Shown piece after piece: positions 35,421-46,337 of a DNA stretch of 46,337 nt. A program made the translations under genes and the position numbers. Every line of letters starts with the position of its first letter. Position 1 is the first letter of the stretch. The notes below the pieces were generated by a model. The model did no database searches. It saw nothing but the letters and a program-made list of their open reading frames with translations, and was not told the origin of the DNA. This DNA comes from Dehalococcoidia bacterium (GTDB lineage: Bacteria; Chloroflexota; Dehalococcoidia; DSTF01; JACRBR01). Location: the NCBI GenBank assembly GCA_041494685.1, contig JBGQBE010000023.1:1-46337 (forward strand), read 5' to 3'.

Positions 35421-36740
35421 ATGAGATTCGGCATCTTCTACGAGCACCAGCTTCCCCGGCCGTGGGACGACGGGCGCGAGGCGAAGCTCTTTCACGACGC
35501 GCTGGACCAGGTCGAGCTGGCGGACAAGCTCGGCATCGACCACGCGTGGGAGGTCGAGCACCACTTCCTGGAGGAGTATTCGCATTCGTCGGCGCCGGAG
35601 GTCTTCCTGGCGGCTGCGTCGCAGCGGACGAAGAACATCCGCCTGGGCCACGGCATCACGCTGATGCCGCCCGGCTACAACCACCCCGCGCGCATCGCGG
35701 AGCGCATCGCCACGTTGGACATCGTCTCGAACGGGCGCGTCGAGTTCGGCACGGGCGAGTCGGCGAGCCGCTCCGAGCTGGAGGGCTTCAACATCAACCC
35801 CGCCGAACGCCGCGCCATGTGGCGCGAAACGGTGGAGCAGGTCGCCAACATGATGGCGATGAGCCCGTACCCCGGCTTCGAAGGCAAGTATTTCTCGATG
35901 CCCGTGCGGAATGTCGTGCCCAAGCCGGTGCAGAAGCCGCACCCGCCGATGTGGGTCGCCTGCTCGAACCGCGACACCATCCACCTGGCGGCGCAGCTTG
36001 GGCTGGGCGCGCTGACCTTCGCGTTCGTCGATCCGGCCGAGGCGCAGCACTGGGTGACGGACTACTACGAGACGTTCAAGCGGGAGTGCGTGCCGATCGG
36101 CCACACGGTGAACCCGAACATCGCGATGGTGTCGAGCTTCTCGTGCCACCCGGACGAGCAGGAGGCGCTGCGCCGCGGCACCGACGGCTTCCGCTTCTTC
36201 CAGTTCGCGCTCGGCCATTTCTACGGCTTCGGCAAGCACAAACCCGGCCGCACGAACATCTGGGAGCGCTACACCGCCGTGCGCGACGAGATCGGCCTGG
36301 AGGCGCTGGGCGGCGGCGCGGGCGGCATCGGCACGCCGAAGCAGCTGCGCGAGCACCTGCGGAAGTTCGCGGACGCCGGCGTCGACCAGGCGGTGTTCAT
36401 CCAGCAGGGCGGCAACAACCTGCACGAGAACATCTGCGAGGACCTGTCGCTCTTCGCGAAGGAAGTGATGCCGGAGTTCAAGGCGGCTGAGGAGGCGCGG
36501 CTCCGCAAGAAGGACGAAGAGCTGGCGCCGTACATCGAGGCCGCGATGAAGCGCAAAGTGCGCATGGCGGAGATGAAGGACAACGAGATCCCGGCGTACG
36601 AGGCGTACGGCTACAACATCGCGGAAGTGGACGTGTCGAAGCTGCCGCAAGAGCAGCAGCAGCGGATGGCGCAGATGCGCAAGATGCGGGAGGTCGTCGC
36701 GCGCTTCGACGAGCGCGAAGCCGCGAAGTCCCGCAGCTGA
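35421..36740 (+). CDS. LLM-class flavin-dependent oxidoreductase
   Basis: MRFGIFYEHQ, WEVEHHFLEEYSHSSAPE, HPARIAERIATLD.VSNGR, PKPVQKPHPP. Confidence 0.92.
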   Translation: MRFGIFYEHQLPRPWDDGREAKLFHDALDQVELADKLGIDHAWEVEHHFLEEYSHSSAPEVFLAAASQRTKNIRLGHGITLMPPGYNHPARIAERIATLDIVSNGRVEFGTGESASRSELEGFNINPAERRAMWRETVEQVANMMAMSPYPGFEGKYFSMPVRNVVPKPVQKPHPPMWVACSNRDTIHLAAQLGLGALTFAFVDPAEAQHWVTDYYETFKRECVPIGHTVNPNIAMVSSFSCHPDEQEALRRGTDGFRFFQFALGHFYGFGKHKPGRTNIWERYTAVRDEIGLEALGGGAGGIGTPKQLREHLRKFADAGVDQAVFIQQGGNNLHENICEDLSLFAKEVMPEFKAAEEARLRKKDEELAPYIEAAMKRKVRMAEMKDNEIPAYEAYGYNIAEVDVSKLPQEQQQRMAQMRKMREVVARFDEREAAKSRS

Positions 36741-36756
36741 GTCGCTGGAACACGTG

Positions 36757-36790
36757 TTATCCGCAGATGACGCAGATGGACGCAGACGGA
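36757..36790. repeat. Short tandem repeat CGCAGA(T) x3
   Basis: TTATCCGCAGATGACGCAGATGGACGCAGACGGA between the LLM stop and the DinB gene. Confidence 0.5.
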
Positions 36791-36799
36791 TCGGCAAGG

Positions 36800-37321
36800 A
36801 TGCAGGACGCTGAGAGCGGTAGTGTTCGCGCTGCTGAAACCGCCGCTATCGTAGGCCCGGCCAGCGAAGCGGACGCGTTCAAGCGCTACATCACCGGTTC
36901 GCTCGCGCGAACCGTCGCCTGTCTCGAGGGACTCAGTGAGGCCGAGATCGGTTGGCAGCCTGCGGCCGCAGGCGCAAACAGTCTTCGAGATCTGGCGGTG
37001 CACTCGATCGCTAACGCCGAGGAGAATGTACTTGGCGTTGCCGGCGGCATGGCCATCGACCGGATTCGCGACGACGAGTTCTCGTCAGACATTGCGGCCG
37101 ACGCGATTCGCGTGCGGCTCGCGGATGTGCTGAGCAGAATCGGCCGTTGCCTCGACGCCTTCACGGCGAACGAACTGGACGCGGAGCGAGATCATCCACG
37201 GCGGGGACGGCTGCCCTGCAGAGAAGTGTTACTGGTTGCCGCGCGCCACGCGGCCGAGCACATGGGACAGGCCGAACTGATGCGAGACTTGGTCTTGGCT
37301 ATCCGTCAGTCGCCTGTGTAG
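36800..37321 (+). CDS. DinB/DUF664 family protein
   Basis: GLSEAEI.W.P..ANSL..LAVH...E, ARHAAEHMGQAELMRD; atypical codon usage; start uncertain. Confidence 0.82.
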   Translation: MQDAESGSVRAAETAAIVGPASEADAFKRYITGSLARTVACLEGLSEAEIGWQPAAAGANSLRDLAVHSIANAEENVLGVAGGMAIDRIRDDEFSSDIAADAIRVRLADVLSRIGRCLDAFTANELDAERDHPRRGRLPCREVLLVAARHAAEHMGQAELMRDLVLAIRQSPV

Positions 37322-37390
37322 TTGCCCCTGCGCCGTACAGCTTGTAGCGTCAGCCTGTTGAGAACGCGGACTCAGGAGTCGGAGGTCGGA

Positions 37391-38206
37391 GTGAAACTCG
37401 AAGGCAAGGTCGCGATCATCACGGGCGCGGGGTCGGGCATCGGCCGGGCGACGGCGCTGCGGCTGGCGCGTGAGGGCGTGCGGATCGTCGTCGCGGACAT
37501 GAACGACGCCGGTACGGCGGAGACTGTTGCGCAGGTGAAGGCCGCCGGCGGCGATGCGGCCGCGGTGCACGTCGACGTCACGAAGTCCGCCGATCTCGAC
37601 GGCATGTTCGCGTTCGCGCAGAAGACGTACGGCGGCTTCGACATCCTCTACAACAACGCCGGCATCACCACCGGCAACCCGCGTTGGCCGGACTGTTCGG
37701 AAGAGCAGTGGTCGCGGACGGTCATGGTCGACCTGAACGCCGTGATCGAGGGCACGCGGAAGGCGATCCCGCTGCTGAAGGCGCGCGGCGGCGGCGTGAT
37801 CATGCAGACGGCGTCGCTGGCGGGGCTGTTCGGCTTCCAGGCGGACCCGGTGTACAGCGCCGCCAAGCACGGCGTGGTCGGGCTGACGCGTGCGCTCGTC
37901 TACCTGAAGCCGGAGGCGAACATCCGCGTGAACTGCGTCTGCCCGGCGGTGGTGAACACGCCGCTCGTCACGTCCGGCGTCGACACGCTCACCGGCGCGG
38001 CGCGAGAGGAGGCGGAGCGGCGCATCAAGATGATGCCGATGCTGCCGCCGGAGGAGATCGCCGAGGCGGTGTACGAACTGATCAGGGACGACGAGGCGAC
38101 AGGCATCGCGATGGGGATCTCGCTCGGCAACACGCGCCGGGTGGTGGACCCGCCGATCACGCTGCCGGTGACATCGGGCGACGCGAGCGCGCTGCCGCGC
38201 AAGTAG
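37391..38206 (+). CDS. Short-chain dehydrogenase/reductase
   Basis: TGAGSGIG, NNAG, YSAAKHG, VNCVCP; GGAGG RBS before GTG. Confidence 0.93.
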   Translation: MKLEGKVAIITGAGSGIGRATALRLAREGVRIVVADMNDAGTAETVAQVKAAGGDAAAVHVDVTKSADLDGMFAFAQKTYGGFDILYNNAGITTGNPRWPDCSEEQWSRTVMVDLNAVIEGTRKAIPLLKARGGGVIMQTASLAGLFGFQADPVYSAAKHGVVGLTRALVYLKPEANIRVNCVCPAVVNTPLVTSGVDTLTGAAREEAERRIKMMPMLPPEEIAEAVYELIRDDEATGIAMGISLGNTRRVVDPPITLPVTSGDASALPRK

Positions 38207-38234
38207 CGCTGCCGCCGCACCGGGCGTACACGAA

Positions 38235-38261
38235 GGGGCCCCGATCATTGATCGCGGCCCC
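38235..38261. terminator. Hairpin between convergent SDR and acyl-CoA dehydrogenase genes
   Basis: GGGGCC-C-CGATCA-T-TGATCG-C-GGCCCC. Confidence 0.45.
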
Positions 38262-38311
38262 CGTCTGTCTGCTGTGAACTGGCGGTTGCAGGCGCGGCGC
38301 CGGCTCCCACC

Positions 38312-39508
<1,197 letters not shown>

Positions 39509-39676
39509 GTCGTCTGCCTCCGGTTCCGTACCGAGCGAGGCGCGCCCCGCGGCGGCGTCTCTCCGGGCGATTGTTTCGCCGTTACGAAATGATTCTACGG
39601 CGTCGGGGCGTTAGCGGCCATACCGGCGGCCGGGTTCGCGCCGGATCCCGATTGGACCTTCGTATCGCGTCCGAAG

Positions 39677-40585
39677 CTAGCCGAGCGCCGCGAAGACCTC
39701 CTCGAATGCCTTCATCTGGCCGCCCGACGCGCTCGACGGCACGATGATCGGCGTCCGGACGCCGGCGGCGTACCACTGCTCGATGCCGTCTCGCACCTGC
39801 GACGCGGTGCCGTAGAGCGTCACGTCCCGCAGCCAGCGCTCCGACATGAGCGAGGGGATCTTCTCCATGTCGCGGGCCTGCTGCGCCGCCTCGATGGCGC
39901 GCATCTCCTCCTCGTATCCCGCCTCGATCCAGTAGTTGCGGTAGTTCGGCAGCATGACGTAGCCGGTGAGCGTGCGGCGCATCACGGCGGCCGCGGCTTC
40001 GACGTCATCGCTGATGCACGTCGGGATCATGTCGCCGATGAAGAATGCCGGCGCGTCGCGCTTCGCGGCGGGCAGGTGCGCCAGCGACGCCGCCATGTGC
40101 GAGCGGGCGCCGTTCGCGAAGACGCAGCCCTCCGCGATCTCCGCCGCCAGCTCGATCATCTTGTAGCGCATCGCGGCCAGCACGATCGGTGGCAGTTCGC
40201 CGGCGCCCTGCTCCGCCGTCTTGCGCACGCGCTCCACGAAGTTGCGGATGTCGGACAGCGGCTTGCCGGGCGTCACGCCCAGCCGCTGCTGGACGGGCCC
40301 GTGCGTGACGCCGATGCCGAAGCGGAAGCGGCCGCCGCTGAGCTCGTGGATGAACGCCGCCTGCGCGGCGAAGTCGGACGGCTGGCGCAGGTAGATCGGC
40401 TGCACCGTCGTGCCGAATTCGATGCGCTCGGTGCTCAGCGACAGCGCGACGGCGAGGCCCATCGCGTCGCCGAAGGACGGCAGATAGACACCCGGGTAGC
40501 CGCGCTTCTCGATCTCCTGCGCGAGTGCGATGGTCTGGCGGCGCCGTCCGGCGACCGCGGCAAGCGAGAGTGCTGGCTTCGGCAT
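39677..40585 (-). CDS. LLM-class (possibly F420-dependent) oxidoreductase
   Basis: TERIEFGT.V.PIY.R.P, ELSGGRFRFGIGV.H, PPIVLAA, LAAEIAEG. Confidence 0.85.
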   Translation of the reverse strand: MPKPALSLAAVAGRRRQTIALAQEIEKRGYPGVYLPSFGDAMGLAVALSLSTERIEFGTTVQPIYLRQPSDFAAQAAFIHELSGGRFRFGIGVTHGPVQQRLGVTPGKPLSDIRNFVERVRKTAEQGAGELPPIVLAAMRYKMIELAAEIAEGCVFANGARSHMAASLAHLPAAKRDAPAFFIGDMIPTCISDDVEAAAAVMRRTLTGYVMLPNYRNYWIEAGYEEEMRAIEAAQQARDMEKIPSLMSERWLRDVTLYGTASQVRDGIEQWYAAGVRTPIIVPSSASGGQMKAFEEVFAALG

Positions 40586-40688
40586 GATGCTGGTCTCTCC
40601 TGTCGGTTGGGTGCTGCCTGACGGGCGCGCGCGAGGAGGCGCCGATCAAGGATCGGGCATGCGTAAGTAAGGGGCCAGGGGTGCAGCG

Positions 40689-41309
40689 TCAGGCGTGGCG
40701 CGGCTGGTCCAGCACGAAGCAGATGCGCCGGATCTGGTGGCTGACGTCGCGGCGGGCGCGCCAGCGGCGGTACATGTTCGAGCGGCGGTACCAGAACTGG
40801 CTCCACTGGTGGAAGCCACCGAGCGTCGAACGCGCCGCGTCGCGCGGCGTGAACGCGAAGCGCAGCTTCGGCACGTCCTGATAGAACGGCCGCGGCGCGG
40901 CATCGAGCCGGTCGTCGATCAGCGCGCCGGCCAGGCTCTCGACGACGGCGTCTTCCTCGCGGTCCTCGCGCGACGACGTGGCGTGCACGCCGAAGTATTC
41001 GATCTTCGCGTCCATCGGCGCGTGGATCTCTCCGACGAGCAGCCGAGCCACGATGCGCGCGTAGGCGTGCAGCCGGCGCTCGTCGCTGAGCCGCGCGGCG
41101 ACGAGCGCTTCGGTGCCGCGCGCGGAGGCGAGCAGTACGGCGTCGGCGTCCTGCAACTCCGCCGTGTCGTCGCAGTGCACGCCCATCTCTTCGAGCAACG
41201 ACCGCAGGCGGCGCGCGCGCTCGGTGGCGGTGCCGGTGGCCGGCAGGCGGCGGACGCGGTCGCGCAGCTGGCGGCGGGTCTCGTCGAAGATAGCGATCTC
41301 GATCATCAT
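40689..41309 (-). CDS. Hypothetical protein, ImmA/IrrE-like pattern without HExxH
   Basis: ATGA overlap with the XRE stop; LLEEMGV..DADAVLL..LVAARLSDERRLHAYARIVARLL..REEDAVVESLAGALI. Confidence 0.5.
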   Translation of the reverse strand: MMIEIAIFDETRRQLRDRVRRLPATGTATERARRLRSLLEEMGVHCDDTAELQDADAVLLASARGTEALVAARLSDERRLHAYARIVARLLVGEIHAPMDAKIEYFGVHATSSREDREEDAVVESLAGALIDDRLDAAPRPFYQDVPKLRFAFTPRDAARSTLGGFHQWSQFWYRRSNMYRRWRARRDVSHQIRRICFVLDQPRHA

Positions 41310-41746
41310 GTGCGCTCCGCCGTCCGGCGCGGCTGCAGCCCCAGCAGGTGCCAGAGCATGCGGCGCCGCAGGACGCCCTGGTCCGGCCGTGAGAGCGACC
41401 GGTAGCGCTGCAACAGCCTGTCGAACTGGACCATGTCGCCCACGGTCCAGGGCAGTGCGTAGCCGGCCAGCCCCAAGATCTCGCGCAGATGCTCCGAACT
41501 CAGCGCGTCGCAGCAGAGCGCCCAGCCAACGATCCGCTCCAGCGTGAGCGGCACCTCGCCCTGGCCCTGCTCGTAGCGCGAGACCATGCTCTGGCTGATG
41601 TGGAAGCCGAGCTCGTCGAGCTCCCACGCCAGCTGCGCCTGCGAGCGGCCCTGGCCGCGGATGCTGCGCAGGCTGCCGCCGATGCGGTCGCGGATAGCGT
41701 CCCAGCGGGCGATCTGGACTTCGTCGCGTTCTGGCATCGAAGACAT
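41306..41746 (-). CDS. XRE-family helix-turn-helix protein
   Basis: [28 protein letters not shown]. Confidence 0.82.
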   Translation of the reverse strand: MSSMPERDEVQIARWDAIRDRIGGSLRSIRGQGRSQAQLAWELDELGFHISQSMVSRYEQGQGEVPLTLERIVGWALCCDALSSEHLREILGLAGYALPWTVGDMVQFDRLLQRYRSLSRPDQGVLRRRMLWHLLGLQPRRTAERT

Positions 41747-41908
41747 GGTAGCACCGCCGGGCCGCGCTGCAATGCCGCGGGTGCATGGTGGAGCACGGCA
41801 TCACTCCTGACAGCCGGCCGTCAGGAGGGCGTCGGGCGACGGCAGAGGGCGCCTGCCCGCTCTGCTATCCTGCATCGGACCCCATACGAAGCTGAATCGG
41901 ACCCAAAC

Positions 41909-43981
<2,073 letters not shown>

Positions 43982-43986
43982 GCCGC

Positions 43987-44014
43987 CGTTAGCGGTGAGC
44001 GGTTAGCCGTAAGC
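43987..44014. repeat. Degenerate heptamer tandem repeat (sGTnAGC) x4
   Basis: CGTTAGC GGTGAGC GGTTAGC CGTAAGC right after the uvrB stop. Confidence 0.5.
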
Positions 44015-44065
44015 AGCGTGCGGAGGAGTCCCGACCAGCGAAACAGCGGCAGCCAGGGCACATTG

Positions 44066-44166
44066 ATGTGGCTCGGCCGTCCCCGGCTGTGTCCGTTCGA
44101 GGCGGAAACCCCGAATCGCGACACGGGCTTAGATATGACATGGCACAGCCGTCCTCGGCTGTGCCA
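44066..44166. repeat. Two REP-like palindromes
   Basis: ATGTGGCTCGGCCGTCCCCGGCTGTG (44066-44091) and perfect hairpin TGGCACAGCCG-TCCT-CGGCTGTGCCA (44141-44166). Confidence 0.6.
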
Positions 44167-44183
44167 CATAGTGACGACCGCCG

Positions 44184-45002
44184 CTAGCGCCGCCGCGCGC
44201 GCGCAGCCTTGCCCGCCATCAGCAATAGTCCTGCGGCCCCGAGCATCGCGAGCGCGGCCGCGCCGTAGCCGCGGCCGCTGCCGGCGCCGTCGCCCGTAGA
44301 CGGCAGGACGGAGATGGTGACCGGTTGACCCGGCGGCGTAGCCGCCAGCACGATGTTGACGAGCGTCGGCGTCGCCGTGACCGATGGCGCGGCTGTCGGC
44401 GTGCCCGCGGCACTGGTCCTCGTGCTCGTTGCGGCGACGATCGTGCCCTCCGCCTGCACGGTCACGGTCGCCGACGGCGTGGGCGTGCCGCTCGGCGTCG
44501 CGCTTGCCTCTCCCTGTGGCGTTTGGGTGGGGGACGGCGTGTTGGTCTCGGTGGGTACCGGCGTGGACGTGCTTGTGGCTGCCGGCGACGGCGTCGGCGT
44601 GGCGGTGCCCTGGATCTGCTCCGTCGAAGTTGCTGTCGGTGTCGGCGTCATTGTCGCCGTAGCCGTGGCCTGCGGTGTGGAGGTGGCCGTCGCGGTCGGC
44701 ACGGAGGTGTTGGTCGCGGTCGGCACGGTGCTGGGCGTGCTGGACGGCTGCGCCGTGGCCGTGGCGGTTGGCGTATTCGTCGCGGTCGGCACCGGGGTCC
44801 GCGTGCTGGTGCGCGCGGTCGTCGTCGCGTGCGGCGACGTGGTAGCGTGCGGCGACGCCGTCGAGACCGCCGTGCTGGGGGCTGAAATCGTCACGTCGGC
44901 GGCGCCAGCATGCCGCGTCGCCGACAGCGCGAAGATCGCGATCCCCATGATGATCGCGGCGATCGCTGCGGCCAGGTAGACCCTTGGCGATACTGCGGAC
45001 AT
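44184..45002 (-). CDS. Thr/Pro-rich secreted protein with LPXTG-type sorting signal
   Basis: Signal peptide, about 190 aa of T/P/A low-complexity sequence, LPSTG, hydrophobic helix, basic tail KAARARRR; GGAGG RBS. Confidence 0.75.
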   Translation of the reverse strand: MSAVSPRVYLAAAIAAIIMGIAIFALSATRHAGAADVTISAPSTAVSTASPHATTSPHATTTARTSTRTPVPTATNTPTATATAQPSSTPSTVPTATNTSVPTATATSTPQATATATMTPTPTATSTEQIQGTATPTPSPAATSTSTPVPTETNTPSPTQTPQGEASATPSGTPTPSATVTVQAEGTIVAATSTRTSAAGTPTAAPSVTATPTLVNIVLAATPPGQPVTISVLPSTGDGAGSGRGYGAAALAMLGAAGLLLMAGKAARARRR

Positions 45003-45107
45003 GCGTCTGCCTCCGTGCATGATGTGTGCCACCGCGCGCGCACATCATGCACGCGCCTCGCGTCACCGGTGGAAATCCGTGTCCGCGGTTGATGCCTGCG
45101 AGGTGCG

Positions 45108-46337
45108 TCAGGAGACGGGCGGGGCGGGGAACTCCCCGCGCACCTGTTCGTACGCTCGACCGGCCCATAGTACAGAAGTTTCGTCCCAGCGTCTCGCAGC
45201 GAACATAATGCTCGCCGGCAGCTTCTGCGAGGTGAGCCCGCACGGCACGGCGATCGCCGGCTGGCCCGTGAAATCGAAGACGCCGGTGTTCTGCGCCAGC
45301 AGGAAGGCCGGGTCCGCCGCGCGCGACGCCTCGATCGTGGGCGCCGGCACGGGCGCCGTCGGCATCGCCCAGACGTCGACGCCTTCGAGCATCGCGTCCG
45401 CCTCGCCGGCGCGCGACTGCTGCAGCGCGCGCACCCCCAGCACATACTGGATACCGGTCACGCCGTGCCCCGCCTGCAGGAGCGCCGCCACCTGCGCGCC
45501 GTACTCGTCACGCCGCGATGGGAAGGTCTCGGCGTGGAAAGCCGCCGCCTCGGCGAACATGACGGCCATCAGCGCCGTCCGGTACGCCGCGCCGTGCGGG
45601 AACTCCGCCTCGACGAGCTGCGCGCCCGCCGCCTCGAGCGCGGCGAGGGCCTTGCGCACCAGTGACAGCACCTCGGCGTCGCAGTTGTCCCAGAAATACT
45701 GCTTCGGCACGCCGATGCGGAGGCCCTTCGGGCCGCGCTCGATGTTCTGCAGCCAGTCAGGCACCGGCACGCGCTCGGTCGTGGGGTCGAGCGCGTCGTG
45801 GCCGCTGATCGCCTGCATGACGATGGCCGCGTCGCGCACGGTGCGCGCGAGCGGGCCGGCGTGGTCGAGCGTCCAGGACAGGGGCACCGCGCCGTAGAGG
45901 CTCGCGCGGCCGTAGGTGGGCATCAGCCCGACGCAGCCGCAGACGGCCGCCGGGATGCGGATGCTGCCGCCGGTATCGCTGCCGAGCGTGGCGAAGGCCA
46001 GACCCGCCGCCGTCGCGGCGCCCGAGCCGCCGGAGGAGCCGCCAGGCACGTGGTCGAGGTTCCAGGGGTTGCGCACCGGGCCGTAATGCGTGTTGTCGGA
46101 GGTGACGCCGTACGCGAACTCGTGCATGCCGAGCTTGCCAGTGCTGATCGCGCCCGCCGCCGCGAGCTTCGCCACGACGGTCGCGTCGCGGTTCGGCACG
46201 CGGTCCGCCATGATCTTCGAGCCGGCGGTCGTGCGGATGCCCTTCGTGTCGAACAGATCCTTGATCGCGACGGGGATGCCGTGCAGGGCGCCGCGGTAGC
46301 GGCCGCCCGCGATCTCGCGCTCCGCGGCCTGCGCGGC
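45108..46337 (-). CDS. Amidase signature family protein (5' partial)
   Basis: LHGIPVAIKD, GKLGMHEFAYG, PGGSSGGS, GSDTGGSIRIPA; frame runs off the window end. Confidence 0.93.
   Translation of the reverse strand, partial: AAQAAEREIAGGRYRGALHGIPVAIKDLFDTKGIRTTAGSKIMADRVPNRDATVVAKLAAAGAISTGKLGMHEFAYGVTSDNTHYGPVRNPWNLDHVPGGSSGGSGAATAAGLAFATLGSDTGGSIRIPAAVCGCVGLMPTYGRASLYGAVPLSWTLDHAGPLARTVRDAAIVMQAISGHDALDPTTERVPVPDWLQNIERGPKGLRIGVPKQYFWDNCDAEVLSLVRKALAALEAAGAQLVEAEFPHGAAYRTALMAVMFAEAAAFHAETFPSRRDEYGAQVAALLQAGHGVTGIQYVLGVRALQQSRAGEADAMLEGVDVWAMPTAPVPAPTIEASRAADPAFLLAQNTGVFDFTGQPAIAVPCGLTSQKLPASIMFAARRWDETSVLWAGRAYEQVRGEFPAPPVS

Noticed and set aside
37322..38206. SDR as the missing PhaB
   Set aside because: Lacks the acetoacetyl-CoA reductase-type NAGITRD and GQ.NY motifs and lies about 5 kb from phaC in a different gene run; cannot be fully excluded.
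41489..41908. 140-aa N-terminal extension of UvrB in the ORF track
   Set aside because: Overlaps the XRE gene on the other strand; UvrB similarity starts at GTG 41909.
44353..44979. Val/Gly/Ala-rich 208-aa plus-strand ORF that looks like a membrane protein
   Set aside because: Antisense reading of the Thr/Pro repeat gene, which has an RBS, signal peptide and LPSTG signal.

Overview
High-GC bacterial chromosomal window. Gene content and style suggest an aerobic Chloroflexota (Dehalococcoidia/Tepidiformales-like) organism; this is inference only. About 50 CDSs are supportable: gdhA; a complete A1-type heme-copper oxidase locus (ctaA, ctaB, ctaC, ctaD, ctaE, an unlisted 39-aa micro-ORF, ctaF, ctaG) facing a convergent set of ABC transporter, CX4C lipoprotein and an unusual ABM-3TM-cupredoxin fusion; Gln-dependent nadE; an approximately 11 kb storage-lipid cluster (4-hydroxybutyrate-type CoA transferase, hotdog thioesterase, two paralogous GNATs, Baeyer-Villiger monooxygenase, WS/DGAT, esterase, phasin-like protein, PhaQ, PhaR/PhaE-like subunit, PhaC, but no phaA/phaB); a MarR-divergent operon with two different ferritin-like (DUF455-type) proteins around a 2x[4Fe-4S] ferredoxin followed by an LLM oxidoreductase; SDR, acyl-CoA dehydrogenase and a second LLM; an XRE plus IrrE-like pseudo-protease pair divergent from uvrB; an LPXTG-type Thr/Pro-rich surface protein; and a partial amidase. 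Five single genes with atypical, less GC3-biased codon usage are interspersed. No rRNA, tRNA, CRISPR array, integrase or transposase was seen. The best candidates for undescribed systems are the ferritin-like/ferredoxin operon, the hybrid PHA/wax-ester cluster with coupled GNATs, and the transmembrane ABM-cupredoxin protein.
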